Positions 33,724 through 41,828 of a stretch of DNA of 44,370 bases are shown piece after piece. The number at the start of each line of letters is the position of its first letter. Within the stretch, counting starts at the first letter, position 1. Made by a program: the position numbers and the translations under genes. The DNA lies in IMG/VR virus record IMGVR_UViG_3300045988_005581; one strand, written 5' to 3'. Source of the DNA: a virus. Taxonomy: Duplodnaviria > Heunggongvirae > Uroviricota > Caudoviricetes. The notes beneath the pieces were generated by a model. The model was not told where the DNA came from, did not search any database, and saw only the letters and a program-made list of their open reading frames with translations.

Positions 33724-34961
33724 TATAAATCCTCCTCTGTTACCCTATTCCACTCAGGACGTTTGTCGTCTGCCGTTGCAACACATGGTGCGCCGGGCTT
33801 ACGGGTAATGAAGTCTTTCAGTTCTTCTTCCGGTATGACTTTAACCGCTTCGGTTGGCGTCATGAGCACTTGCTTCATTAGCGCTATGCCATACTTGCCA
33901 GCCACTTTCTCTGCATCTTTCCACGCACGATTACCCGGGCGGCCTTCAACCAGCTTGTACCCCGGCACTTTCTTACCGGAATGCAACGCGGCAGCCATCG
34001 CTTTCTCAACCTTGTCGATGTGCTGGCGCAACAACGGCAACTTCTCATACTCAGCTACGAGTTGCTCCGGCGTAAGTTCCAGGGCAAAGTCGTCCTCCAG
34101 TTCTTCCGCCAGCACAGAGTTAACCGTCTTTGTACGCGCGGCGCACTGTTCAGAGAACCGGCACCACTGACAACCATCAACCGACGGCTTGAAGTCTGAC
34201 GCTTTCAGGTTCTTCTTGCCACGGTGATAAGCATCAAGCGCTAACAGTGCGCGTTTCTGTGCGAACTTAGCGAACAGCTCCATACCTTCAACCGAGATGT
34301 CCCACTCCGACGCGCCGCCAGTGTACGGCTGGAAGATTACCAGACGAACAACTGTTATGTTATAACGTCTCTTGAGTCGGCGATAAACACCGAGAGCGTA
34401 AAGCATAAGCTGCTTGTTTTCTTTCGCTTCGACGCGATGCCGCCCGGTTTTCAGGTCGCCGATAATGAGCATGTGCTCGTCGGTGTTTGCCAGTTCCTGG
34501 ACAGCAACGAGGTCAGCGGTTCCGAACGTCTCAACGCCTTCATACCCCGGATGCAATACCTCAGTAAGATTGACACGCATTTCCAGCTTGGCGTAAGTCG
34601 CTACGTCTATAATCGCTTTGCAGTAGTCGGTGTACTTGCGCACCTGCTCAATCATGTCCGCCGTAATCAGTACCGCGCCTTTCATCGGGCTGATTAGCGC
34701 CTTAATCTGACCTTTGCCTTCATCCAGTACGTAAGCGCCGACTTCACGCTCCAACGGCAACGCAGTGCCGCGTATATAGGCGTTGAGATGGACCTCAGCT
34801 ATGGTGTGCATGGCGGTTCCTAATACAGCGGCTTTACCCGACGTGTTAGGGGTATCTTTTTCACACGCCAGCGACGCAGCGCATGACAGCCACTTTTTAG
34901 CGCCTGACGGTGACAGTAAGGCGTGTACATCATTATTGCCGCCTCGTTCTTTTAGAATCAT
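33723..34961 (-). CDS. Cas4/RecB-like PD-(D/E)xK exonuclease (DUF2800-like)
   Basis: 412 aa with a C-terminal Cys cluster CQWCRFSEQC plus an N-terminal Cys (WLSCAASLAC), the arrangement seen in Cas4-type Fe-S nucleases. Confidence 0.7.
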   Translation of the reverse strand: MILKERGGNNDVHALLSPSGAKKWLSCAASLACEKDTPNTSGKAAVLGTAMHTIAEVHLNAYIRGTALPLEREVGAYVLDEGKGQIKALISPMKGAVLITADMIEQVRKYTDYCKAIIDVATYAKLEMRVNLTEVLHPGYEGVETFGTADLVAVQELANTDEHMLIIGDLKTGRHRVEAKENKQLMLYALGVYRRLKRRYNITVVRLVIFQPYTGGASEWDISVEGMELFAKFAQKRALLALDAYHRGKKNLKASDFKPSVDGCQWCRFSEQCAARTKTVNSVLAEELEDDFALELTPEQLVAEYEKLPLLRQHIDKVEKAMAAALHSGKKVPGYKLVEGRPGNRAWKDAEKVAGKYGIALMKQVLMTPTEAVKVIPEEELKDFITRKPGAPCVATADDKRPEWNRVTEEDL

Positions 34962-35218
34962 TATTTAGCCTCCTCCGGTAGTTCTGGTAAATACATCCAG
35001 TGTGTTATACCCATCTCGATATACCGTTTCGTATATAACTGATTTCCGTTTTCATCCAGCCCAGCAGTAATGTCGTCGAAATAGTCCTGTATATGCACAA
35101 AATCAATTCCGCCTTCCGGGAACCCATTATCGTCACATTTACTTCCGTCTACTGAGCAAACTAAAACAGAATCATCTTTTGACTCTGGTAGTGCTTCGTT
35201 TACGCTAACCCAATTCAT
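34961..35218 (-). CDS. DUF551-like protein
   Basis: C-terminal ITHWMYLPELPEE, matching the conserved THWMPLPEPP-type DUF551 end; paralogue at 40990..41175. Confidence 0.6.
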   Translation of the reverse strand: MNWVSVNEALPESKDDSVLVCSVDGSKCDDNGFPEGGIDFVHIQDYFDDITAGLDENGNQLYTKRYIEMGITHWMYLPELPEEAK

Positions 35219-35487
35219 ACCCTGTTATCCCACTGGTCAATTAAATGTCGTGTCTTATGGTCGCAGTGCATGGCCCACCCATACATCGACTCGAAGACAT
35301 AAAAGTCAGGCTTGGCGAAAGTTGTGCGCTTAATCTGTGACACGTGACGGCCTATATCTTTAGGCCGTGGTACTTTTCCTAAGTACGCCATCTCTTCCAT
35401 CTGGTGCGCACCGGACGGAGCACGCAATAGCCATAGCGCCTCTGTGTTATCCCGCCTGTCGACGGCTCGGTAGAGTTGGTAAATCAT
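35215..35487 (-). CDS. hypothetical protein (90 aa)
   Basis: ORF-track ORF coupled to the downstream gene; no motif recognised. Confidence 0.5.
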   Translation of the reverse strand: MIYQLYRAVDRRDNTEALWLLRAPSGAHQMEEMAYLGKVPRPKDIGRHVSQIKRTTFAKPDFYVFESMYGWAMHCDHKTRHLIDQWDNRV

Positions 35488-35500
35488 AATTCCGACCCTC

Positions 35501-35523
35501 AGTTAAAGCGGCCCGAAGGCCGC
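35501..35523 (-). terminator. terminator-like hairpin (minus strand)
   Basis: GCGGCC / GGCCGC stem (35508-35523) followed on the minus strand by TTTAACT; weak U-tract. Confidence 0.35.
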
Positions 35524-35530
35524 GAGATAG

Positions 35531-36031
35531 TTATTCTTCTTCGAAATACTTGTTCTTGATTGCTGTCAGGCGTTCCAGGTACTCAACCAGGTCTTCGTCT
35601 TTAATCGCGGCAATCTTCATCTTCTTACCTGTGAACTCTTCCAGCAGTTCATCAGAATCATCGCACGCGGCATCGCTAGGACCTTCATTAATTGCATCGT
35701 CGATGGCCTGAATCTGGTCACGCAGAGACTTGTAATCGACTTCTTCTTTCTCTTCTTCCGGTTCTGGCGCAGGTTCCTCTACTTTAGCTTTACGCGGCTT
35801 GAGTTTTGGCTTCTCTTCCTCCGCCGGTTTAGTGTCAACTACGTCTTCACCTTCAACCGGGATTTCTTTTGTTGCTTCTTCAGCGCACTCAGCTACCGCT
35901 TCTTTGGTGTACGATACCGTCTCTACTTCCGGCGGCGTGGCAACCTGAACAACTTGTTTCGCACTGTTCGCGGCAATCAGTTCGTGCGCAACTACGAAAC
36001 GTTCCAGTAATACTAAGAATTTCTCTAACAT
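35531..36031 (-). CDS. hypothetical acidic protein (166 aa)
   Basis: Glu/Asp/Lys-rich low-complexity middle region; ATG 36031. Confidence 0.5.
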   Translation of the reverse strand: MLEKFLVLLERFVVAHELIAANSAKQVVQVATPPEVETVSYTKEAVAECAEEATKEIPVEGEDVVDTKPAEEEKPKLKPRKAKVEEPAPEPEEEKEEVDYKSLRDQIQAIDDAINEGPSDAACDDSDELLEEFTGKKMKIAAIKDEDLVEYLERLTAIKNKYFEEE

Positions 36032-36055
36032 TATTTATTCTCCTGTTTATTTGGG

Positions 36056-36283
36056 TTACTCGCCGTCGCCTTCTGTAAGGCTATCGTCTATTAATTCAAA
36101 TTTACCGTTTGGGTGTTGAATAGCTTCTTGCCCGCAATGGTCGCAGACAACAAGTTTATCGAACCCATCAAACTCGTCCCCGACTACGCAAGAAAGTACA
36201 AATTTATGTTTTGTGCACACTTCCTGCGATTCTCCGAAAATTGCTAGAAAACCTTTAGCTATGGCTCCCGTTATTGTGTTCAT
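36056..36283 (-). CDS. hypothetical zinc-ribbon-like protein (75 aa)
   Basis: Two Cys pairs (C..C ... CDHC); first gene downstream of the minus-strand promoter at 36312..36340. Confidence 0.5.
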   Translation of the reverse strand: MNTITGAIAKGFLAIFGESQEVCTKHKFVLSCVVGDEFDGFDKLVVCDHCGQEAIQHPNGKFELIDDSLTEGDGE

Positions 36284-36311
36284 ATCCGCCCCTCTCGTTT
36301 GGTATGGGCTA

Positions 36312-36340
36312 ACTATAATAGCGAACTATTCACATGTCAA
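36312..36340 (-). promoter_or_regulatory. sigma70-like promoter TTGACA-N17-TATAGT (minus strand) with embedded dyad
   Basis: On the minus strand: TTGACA = 36335-36340, TATAGT = 36312-36317; dyad AATAG-N4-CTATT 36317-36330. A second imperfect dyad AATAT-N4-CTATT lies at 36361-36374. Confidence 0.55.
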
Positions 36341-36404
36341 TGGGCTTTTCTAAAATAATTAATATGGTACTATTCACATATCAACTGACTAAGGAGTAAT
36401 TGAC

Positions 36405-36620
36405 ATGCAACCATCTGAACTAGGTATCCGTGTAGAACAACGCCGTAAAGAACTCGGCATCTCCCAGCGCAGTTTGGCGGCCCTGACCGGCGTTTCCCAG
36501 GGCGTGATTAACCAACTGGCACTTGGAGTAACTCAGGACGTCCGCTCGGCAACGCTGTTCAAACTGGCGGAAGTTCTGGAAGTAGACGCCAAGTGGCTGG
36601 CGTTAGGTGAAGGGGCTTAA
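36405..36620 (+). CDS. Cro/CI-type HTH transcriptional regulator (XRE family)
   Basis: 71 aa with LGISQRSLAALTGVSQGVINQL helix-turn-helix; RBS AAGGAG; the only rightward gene inside the leftward replication module, divergent from it. Confidence 0.75.
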   Translation: MQPSELGIRVEQRRKELGISQRSLAALTGVSQGVINQLALGVTQDVRSATLFKLAEVLEVDAKWLALGEGA

Positions 36621-36635
36621 AGCCCCTTTCTTTTT
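36611..36635. terminator. intrinsic terminator overlapping the HTH gene stop
   Basis: AGGGGCT (36611-36617) / AGCCCCT (36621-36627), loop TAA (which is the stop codon), then TTCTTTTT. Confidence 0.6.
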
Positions 36636-36948
36636 ATAGCAACTTATCGAGTTCTTCCAAATTCTTAATAGTGTGTTGCACGTTCAGGTACTGAATCCAG
36701 GCGAGAAACCACGCACTTACAGGAAAACTTATAACAATAGTTATCGATATAATTAATTTGAAAAGGCACTTTATAATCTCTGCCAGCGTCATGTCTAAAA
36801 TGTCTTTAAACTCCGCAAAAATCCCCGCTGCATACACACAAAAAGTCCACCAGTTGTTGCTTACAGCGGAAACACATGTCAGGTATGACGGGCGGTATCC
36901 TGCCTTCACTGCTTTAAACGGGTTATCTATAAAATCGTAAATATTCAT
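36634..36948 (-). CDS. hypothetical membrane protein (104 aa)
   Basis: Two or three hydrophobic segments; ATGA-coupled to the end of the primase-helicase gene. Confidence 0.5.
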   Translation of the reverse strand: MNIYDFIDNPFKAVKAGYRPSYLTCVSAVSNNWWTFCVYAAGIFAEFKDILDMTLAEIIKCLFKLIISITIVISFPVSAWFLAWIQYLNVQHTIKNLEELDKLL

Positions 36949-39197
36949 TCCAAATCCTCCTCGGTCACTGTCAGCATTTCATTCGGCTCGTATATTGTCT
37001 TCGGAATCTTGTTATCTGTTATCATGGTGTTCAGTCTGTAACGGCCTGGGATTATCTGATTGTTTTCGTCAGTACCCGGAACAAGATACCCAGCCTCAAC
37101 CATTTTCTTAATCTTCCCGCGTTCTATGGCTTCTTTGGAGTTAAACGCCTTTGCGTTGGGGTCAGACTGCGCGAGCTTATTCGCTGCGGATACCGTGATG
37201 CCCTCGTTGCCGTTGTAGGTCCCCTCCGCCAGTTCAAACGCCGCGAGTATCGTGGCCTCGGAACTGTTGACGGCGTTCTCTATGGTTTTACGTACATTTT
37301 GTTTACCTTCGTTAGTTAACCCTTCTTCCCTCTCTTTCTCCTCGTCGGTCTTGAATGGCTCGAAGCCCCACGGCATCAATACAAGCGCCTTGTGCGGCTC
37401 AGGCAGGTCGAGGTTTACTATTGTGCCGTATTCCTCTGTGCTACCGAGGAACTCAACCGCGCGGTACTCTTTCGGCGGCGGTGCTTCACGGAACTGTACA
37501 GACTCCAGTACCATGCCAACCGTCTTCTGTTGCGGACCGTGCTTAAATTTAGAGTGGTATACGTTTATCTGACGGTCGGTAGCGCGTTCGATTGTCAGTT
37601 CCACGTCGACACCCGCATACAATGCTCCACTGCCGCGGGCTTTCTTTCCGCCCTTCGGAGTATGGTGAACGACACCGACAGCGGCTTTAGTTGCATCGCG
37701 CACTTCTTTCAGGATGGCGATAACTTTACCCATACCGATTGCCGTTGATGAACTGTTCTCGTCGAACTTATCAATCGTCAGGGCCAGCGTCTGGTTAAGG
37801 GTGTCGAAGGCAACCATGCCAATAGGTTCATCCCCCGCGGTTTCGCGCATCCTGCGGATTAGAGCTGGAATTTTTTTATCACCATGCGTAGCGAGTATTT
37901 CGCCCATATCGATGACATGTACATAATCTTTACCTTCCTCGCCATATTTAGCCGCGAGTGCATCAATACGTGTTCGTGTAGCTGCACCACCCTCGCCGTC
38001 AATATAGAAATGGTGGCAACGTTGGGTGTCAGCCCCCGCAAACCGGTACCCGGCGGCGCTCAGGTACATCATCCCCAGCGTATAGAATGATTTGTACGTG
38101 CCGGATTCCCCGACAATATCCCAGATACAATCCGACGGCATGTACCCCTCAACGACGAAATCAGCCTTTACCGGTTCTGGTAACTCGTCCTCTTCTTCAA
38201 GGTCTTCCAGCGTGCAAGTTACAGGCTCCTCGTTCTCTGTGCGGTGCAGTTCTTCAATCTCTTCATCCGGTAAATCAGGCAGAGCCGCACGAATGCTGTT
38301 AATACTGATAGGTTGCTTGTCTACGTTAAGCTCGTCTGGCAGGCCGCACATACGCAGGGCCAAATGCTGTCGGCGGTTAAGCTCGGTGCAAGCGCCGTTG
38401 TTTGTATGCTGGCACACAAAGCGCACTTCTTTACCATCAAGCATGATGCTTGTGGAGCCTTTGCCTGTATGCAGATGTTCGTTAGGGCATGGGACTTCGT
38501 ACCCGCGCCCGGAAGATAAAGCGTCAAGGCCAAGCTCGGCTTCGCAGAAATGCGCTATATCAGCATTAAGCCCATACTCATCGGCGGCAAGTGTCTTAAC
38601 TTCACGTTTACTCAACCCCATCTCTTCGGCTTTCTTGATGTACCGCTCGGCACGGATAACACGCCCTTCTGTAACCGTTATCTTTGACTCTCTATGTGGC
38701 AGATAGATAAGGCGGTTGCCGTCTTCCGTGCAGTGGTCACGCAAGGCTTCATCTATTTCTAACTCTGCACAAATAGCCCGTTGGACCATCCACGCGTCGT
38801 TAGAGTTAAACGGCGTGCGAGCCGGAACCAGAACGCGGAAGGCGTAATCACCGTTTTTACACACATGCTGATGCGATGCCGTTGTATGCAGAATATTGAA
38901 GAACGGTGCGTTCTTGAATTTGCGGGTAAGGTCGCGGTACTGAGTACGGTTGAGATGGTCAAAATCGAACTTAACCACACTGTCTTCCAGGATAGCGTTT
39001 TTACGGCGACCCCCAACAGGCGCAATAGCTTTCTGCTTAATCTTGGCAGCGTCGTACTCTTCCTTAGACCACGACGGATCCACGGATAAACGCTTCGATG
39101 TATCGCAGACATACTCCACAAACTGCTCGAGCGGCATCTCACGCGCTACAGGGTTTTTATCGAATGTGTTGCGCAGCGTTGCAAAAACAATATTCAT
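36945..39197 (-). CDS. primase-polymerase / replicative helicase fusion protein
   Basis: 750 aa; N-terminal region with AEP-like VVKFDFDH and Cys/His cluster; C-terminal RecA-like domain with Walker A GESGTYKS and Walker B-like VAFDTLNQ. Confidence 0.8.
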   Translation of the reverse strand: MNIVFATLRNTFDKNPVAREMPLEQFVEYVCDTSKRLSVDPSWSKEEYDAAKIKQKAIAPVGGRRKNAILEDSVVKFDFDHLNRTQYRDLTRKFKNAPFFNILHTTASHQHVCKNGDYAFRVLVPARTPFNSNDAWMVQRAICAELEIDEALRDHCTEDGNRLIYLPHRESKITVTEGRVIRAERYIKKAEEMGLSKREVKTLAADEYGLNADIAHFCEAELGLDALSSGRGYEVPCPNEHLHTGKGSTSIMLDGKEVRFVCQHTNNGACTELNRRQHLALRMCGLPDELNVDKQPISINSIRAALPDLPDEEIEELHRTENEEPVTCTLEDLEEEDELPEPVKADFVVEGYMPSDCIWDIVGESGTYKSFYTLGMMYLSAAGYRFAGADTQRCHHFYIDGEGGAATRTRIDALAAKYGEEGKDYVHVIDMGEILATHGDKKIPALIRRMRETAGDEPIGMVAFDTLNQTLALTIDKFDENSSSTAIGMGKVIAILKEVRDATKAAVGVVHHTPKGGKKARGSGALYAGVDVELTIERATDRQINVYHSKFKHGPQQKTVGMVLESVQFREAPPPKEYRAVEFLGSTEEYGTIVNLDLPEPHKALVLMPWGFEPFKTDEEKEREEGLTNEGKQNVRKTIENAVNSSEATILAAFELAEGTYNGNEGITVSAANKLAQSDPNAKAFNSKEAIERGKIKKMVEAGYLVPGTDENNQIIPGRYRLNTMITDNKIPKTIYEPNEMLTVTEEDLE

Positions 39198-39322
39198 TTC
39201 TTTTTCTCCGCACGTTCTAAGGCTTCCTGCATACGGCGCATTGCGCGGTTCATCTTTACCGGTGCGAAGAAGTCAGCGCCGTGTTTCTGGCGGCGTAGCT
39301 GTGGAACTATTAACTTTGTCAT
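39194..39322 (-). CDS. possible 42-aa basic peptide
   Basis: ATG 39322 with AAGGA RBS; stop overlaps the primase-helicase ATG (ATGA). Not in ORF track; speculative. Confidence 0.3.
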   Translation of the reverse strand: MTKLIVPQLRRQKHGADFFAPVKMNRAMRRMQEALERAEKKK

Positions 39323-39390
39323 TGTATAATCCTTATGCTTACTTTGATGATTTGTACTTTAGCCCCGACGTTCTGGCGTTGGGGTTTCTT

Positions 39391-39603
39391 TTACTTAACG
39401 CCCGCAATCCACGCACGCTCCGAAGCGTAGAAACGACACTTACTTAAAGCCTCGATTGGCATCTTAATAATGCGTGTCGGTTCCAACAAATGATTAGGCT
39501 TACATATTTCCGCATAGAATCCGCTGTCAGTAATTTCCGGCGCAAACTTAAACCGGTATTTAACTTTACAGTTTTCAAAGTAACAACCCATACGCCCAAT
39601 CAT
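39391..39603 (-). CDS. hypothetical protein (70 aa)
   Basis: ORF-track ORF, ATGA-coupled to the upstream HTH gene. Confidence 0.5.
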   Translation of the reverse strand: MIGRMGCYFENCKVKYRFKFAPEITDSGFYAEICKPNHLLEPTRIIKMPIEALSKCRFYASERAWIAGVK

Positions 39604-39782
39604 TTCACGTTCTCCTTAATCCATGCTTCAACTTTATTACGGTCAAATGTTCCTGGTAAACGGCGACCCATAACCTTAATACAGCAATCAGGGAATTTAC
39701 CGCTGCGCAACCAGTTATTAATTGTTTGACGTGTCACCCCGATACGTTCAGCCACTTCATTCTGTGTCATGTAATGCTGCAT
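39600..39782 (-). CDS. AlpA-like HTH DNA-binding protein
   Basis: MTQNEVAERIGVTRQTINNWLRSGKFP resembles AlpA/excisionase-type HTH proteins; ATG 39782 with AGGAG RBS (tool start 39854 upstream). First gene of the leftward module. Confidence 0.6.
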   Translation of the reverse strand: MQHYMTQNEVAERIGVTRQTINNWLRSGKFPDCCIKVMGRRLPGTFDRNKVEAWIKENVK

Positions 39783-39813
39783 TTTTATATCTCCTGTTTG
39801 TTTGGTGAAAACG

Positions 39814-39842
39814 AGTATAGGATAGCGTGAATGTAAAAGCAA
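39814..39842 (-). promoter_or_regulatory. candidate promoter TTGCTT-N17-TATACT (minus strand) for the leftward module
   Basis: On the minus strand: TTGCTT = 39837-39842, TATACT = 39814-39819; about 30 nt upstream of ATG 39782. Confidence 0.4.
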
Positions 39843-39889
39843 CCAAAACACCACACAAAGTTACTGATATACAAAAGATGCTAATGGTA

Positions 39890-39918
39890 TTGACTTTTAC
39901 TAAGAAATGTGCTAAGCT
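39890..39918 (+). promoter_or_regulatory. promoter P_B: TTGACT-N17-TGnTAAGCT (extended -10)
   Basis: TTGACT 39890-39895, 17-bp spacer, TG 39910-39911, TAAGCT 39913-39918; same hexamers and spacing as P_A at 7603..7631. Confidence 0.6.
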
Positions 39919-39924
39919 CCACCT

Positions 39925-40160
39925 GAGCTTGTGAAGTATGAACAAGCGACCGCGGTGCGGCAGGAAACGGAGCGGTGCGTCAGCACTGAGTGTAGTGTCG
40001 CTGCCTGCATTCGGAAGGGCCATACTCTATTGTAAATCCCGTCTAAATAACCCAAGTCACTAATAATTAAAAGTTTCTATAGTTGCCGTAAGCAAGGTAG
40101 AGAGTACTTCACTCCGCTGGGGTGGGCTAAAGCCCACCCGCTGCGTTGCGTACTCTTTAA
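39925..40160 (+). ncRNA. candidate short terminated transcript / structured leader (element B)
   Basis: Paralogue of element A: identical 43-nt and 23-nt arms flanking a 54-nt core with about 12 substitutions and one indel; followed by GC hairpin GGTGGGC-TAAA-GCCCACC (40121-40138) and a U-rich stretch. Not shown to be transcribed. Confidence 0.35.
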
Positions 40161-40198
40161 AGAAACAAAAGAATCACAACGGCAACGTAACTATTATC

Positions 40199-40227
40199 TC
40201 GCACACCCCAACATAATAGGATACTAT
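40199..40227 (+). promoter_or_regulatory. sigma70-like promoter TCGCAC-N17-TACTAT with embedded dyad
   Basis: TCGCAC 40199-40204, TACTAT 40222-40227; dyad AATAG-N4-CTATT 40215-40228; same element as 7505-7540 in reverse orientation. Confidence 0.5.
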
Positions 40228-40261
40228 TCACTTATCGGAACGAGACAGAGGAGTGATGGTT

Positions 40262-40447
40262 ATGTTTAAGAAGGGTCAGTTGGTTAAAACAAAACGCGGC
40301 GGACAGTACGTAATAGTTACCCAGAATGAGGATGAATATAGTACCGCTGTAGACGTATGGGGTCTTGTACGAAAGAAACATGGTTACGCTTTCAGAGATA
40401 ATTTAACACTCATCGGCAACAATTTTAAATTCAAAGGGGTGAAGTGA
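40262..40447 (+). CDS. hypothetical small protein (61 aa)
   Basis: ATG 40262 with GAGGAG RBS at correct spacing (tool start 40253 is GTG); first ORF of a translationally coupled chain. Confidence 0.55.
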   Translation: MFKKGQLVKTKRGGQYVIVTQNEDEYSTAVDVWGLVRKKHGYAFRDNLTLIGNNFKFKGVK

Positions 40448-40680
40448 TGCAAATCATAATTACAGATAACACCGTTATCTACGAAGAAGATGGTGATACT
40501 CTCGAGAAAATAGGCGTAAATGTGGGTGATGTTTTCAATGTACTGGATTCCTGTGAGGATGGCTGGTGGATTAAGACAGGAAGATACACAATCCCGGTAA
40601 CTAAGGCAGAAGCGAAGGTATACACAACGGCATCTAATCATGATGCTCGTGCCGACGACTCTGAGGGAGGTTGCCGTTAA
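40447..40680 (+). CDS. hypothetical acidic protein (77 aa)
   Basis: ATG 40447 overlapping upstream stop (TGATG), RBS AGGGGTG. Confidence 0.55.
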   Translation: MQIIITDNTVIYEEDGDTLEKIGVNVGDVFNVLDSCEDGWWIKTGRYTIPVTKAEAKVYTTASNHDARADDSEGGCR

Positions 40681-40835
40681 TGAAAATTCGAATAACTGAC
40701 CGCAGGCTTATAGATTTCGGTATCTCGGTAGGTGATGTTTTTCTGGCGTTCAGCAGCAACCATTATGGTTTTATGATTGAGTACAAAGGGTCATTATTGT
40801 TCGTGTATCGGGATGAATGCGAGGTTCTGGTATGA
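40680..40835 (+). CDS. hypothetical small protein (51 aa)
   Basis: TAATG coupling upstream and ATGA coupling downstream; not in ORF track. Confidence 0.4.
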   Translation: MKIRITDRRLIDFGISVGDVFLAFSSNHYGFMIEYKGSLLFVYRDECEVLV

Positions 40836-40993
40836 GAGAAGCATTCGAACGGTGGGCCATCGTCGAGGGTCTGCCGGTTAATAAGGGTTCGAAGAAAGAG
40901 TACCTGAACGTTAAGACGCGTCTCGCGTGGCGGGCGTGGAAAGCTGGTGCGAATGTAATGGCTGGCGCATTTGAGAAGAGAGGCGATTTATGA
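40832..40993 (+). CDS. hypothetical small protein (53 aa)
   Basis: ATGA coupling at both ends; not in ORF track. Confidence 0.4.
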   Translation: MREAFERWAIVEGLPVNKGSKKEYLNVKTRLAWRAWKAGANVMAGAFEKRGDL

Positions 40994-41175
40994 GCAAGTG
41001 GATTAAGTGTAGTGAGCGGATGCCGGAGCCTTATGAATACGTTCTTGTAACTGATTGTTTTGTTGGCTGTGAGGTTATGCGTGTTAATTCAGATGGCTAC
41101 TGGGGGCCTGCAAAGAGTTTATATCACGGTGATATAACGCACTGGATGCCGTTACCTGAGCCGCCGGAGGTGTGA
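40990..41175 (+). CDS. DUF551-like protein
   Basis: C-terminal ITHWMPLPEPPE matches the DUF551 signature; paralogue of 34961..35218. Confidence 0.6.
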   Translation: MSKWIKCSERMPEPYEYVLVTDCFVGCEVMRVNSDGYWGPAKSLYHGDITHWMPLPEPPEV

Positions 41176-41333
41176 TGTTCAATAGTTTGGGATTTTACTG
41201 AGTGACTTACGCTGCTACACAGCAGCGTACAACTTTAACTTAGTGTCGTCAAAAAGCGACACTTCCCTAAAACACTGTTGGTGCTGGAATAAAGTGTCTC
41301 CGATTAGCGACACTAAGCACCAATAAAATTTAC

Positions 41334-41362
41334 TTGCACACTGGGATAGAATAGACTACTAT
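41334..41362 (+). promoter_or_regulatory. sigma70-like promoter TTGCAC-N17-TACTAT with embedded dyad
   Basis: TTGCAC 41334-41339, TACTAT 41357-41362; perfect dyad GAATAG-N4-CTATTC at 41349-41364. Confidence 0.55.
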
Positions 41363-41392
41363 TCATTTACACAGACGGGAGGAGAGACAGAG

Positions 41393-41542
41393 ATGGTTAC
41401 TTTGATGGTTATGGAATTCGAAAACAGCGCAGCAACTTACCGTGAGATGACTATGGCGCAGGCATATCACCTGGCCTCAAACGGCAACTTCTACAAGGCT
41501 CAAATCATCAATGAGTTCGGGGTAATTGACTATGAATTTTAG
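41393..41542 (+). CDS. hypothetical small protein (49 aa)
   Basis: ATG 41393 with GGGAGGAGAG RBS; not in ORF track. Confidence 0.4.
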   Translation: MVTLMVMEFENSAATYREMTMAQAYHLASNGNFYKAQIINEFGVIDYEF

Positions 41543-41810
41543 CAGCTACACCGTGACTGTTGATTTTGAGGGGCTGGAGTTGCCCCTCCCTAACAACTAC
41601 CGGTACATAACTCGCGATAGTAACGGGTTTATTCAGGGGTGGCGGAACAAACCGACAGACACCGAGTTCGGGATGTCAGGAGGAGGAGAAGAGTTGCCGA
41701 TCACGTTCGGGCACCAAAGTAGTAATGAAGAACTTAAAACTGTGATTCGTAAGTACCGCCGCCGCCGCGGCAACACGGGGCTTATCGCAATAACAGGCGC
41801 TGTTGAATAA
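41532..41810 (+). CDS. hypothetical protein (92 aa)
   Basis: ATG 41532 overlapping the preceding ORF (tool start 41526 is TTG); basic C-terminus RKYRRRRGNTG. Confidence 0.5.
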   Translation: MNFSSYTVTVDFEGLELPLPNNYRYITRDSNGFIQGWRNKPTDTEFGMSGGGEELPITFGHQSSNEELKTVIRKYRRRRGNTGLIAITGAVE

Positions 41811-41828
41811 ACGAGAGGAGAGGCAGAG

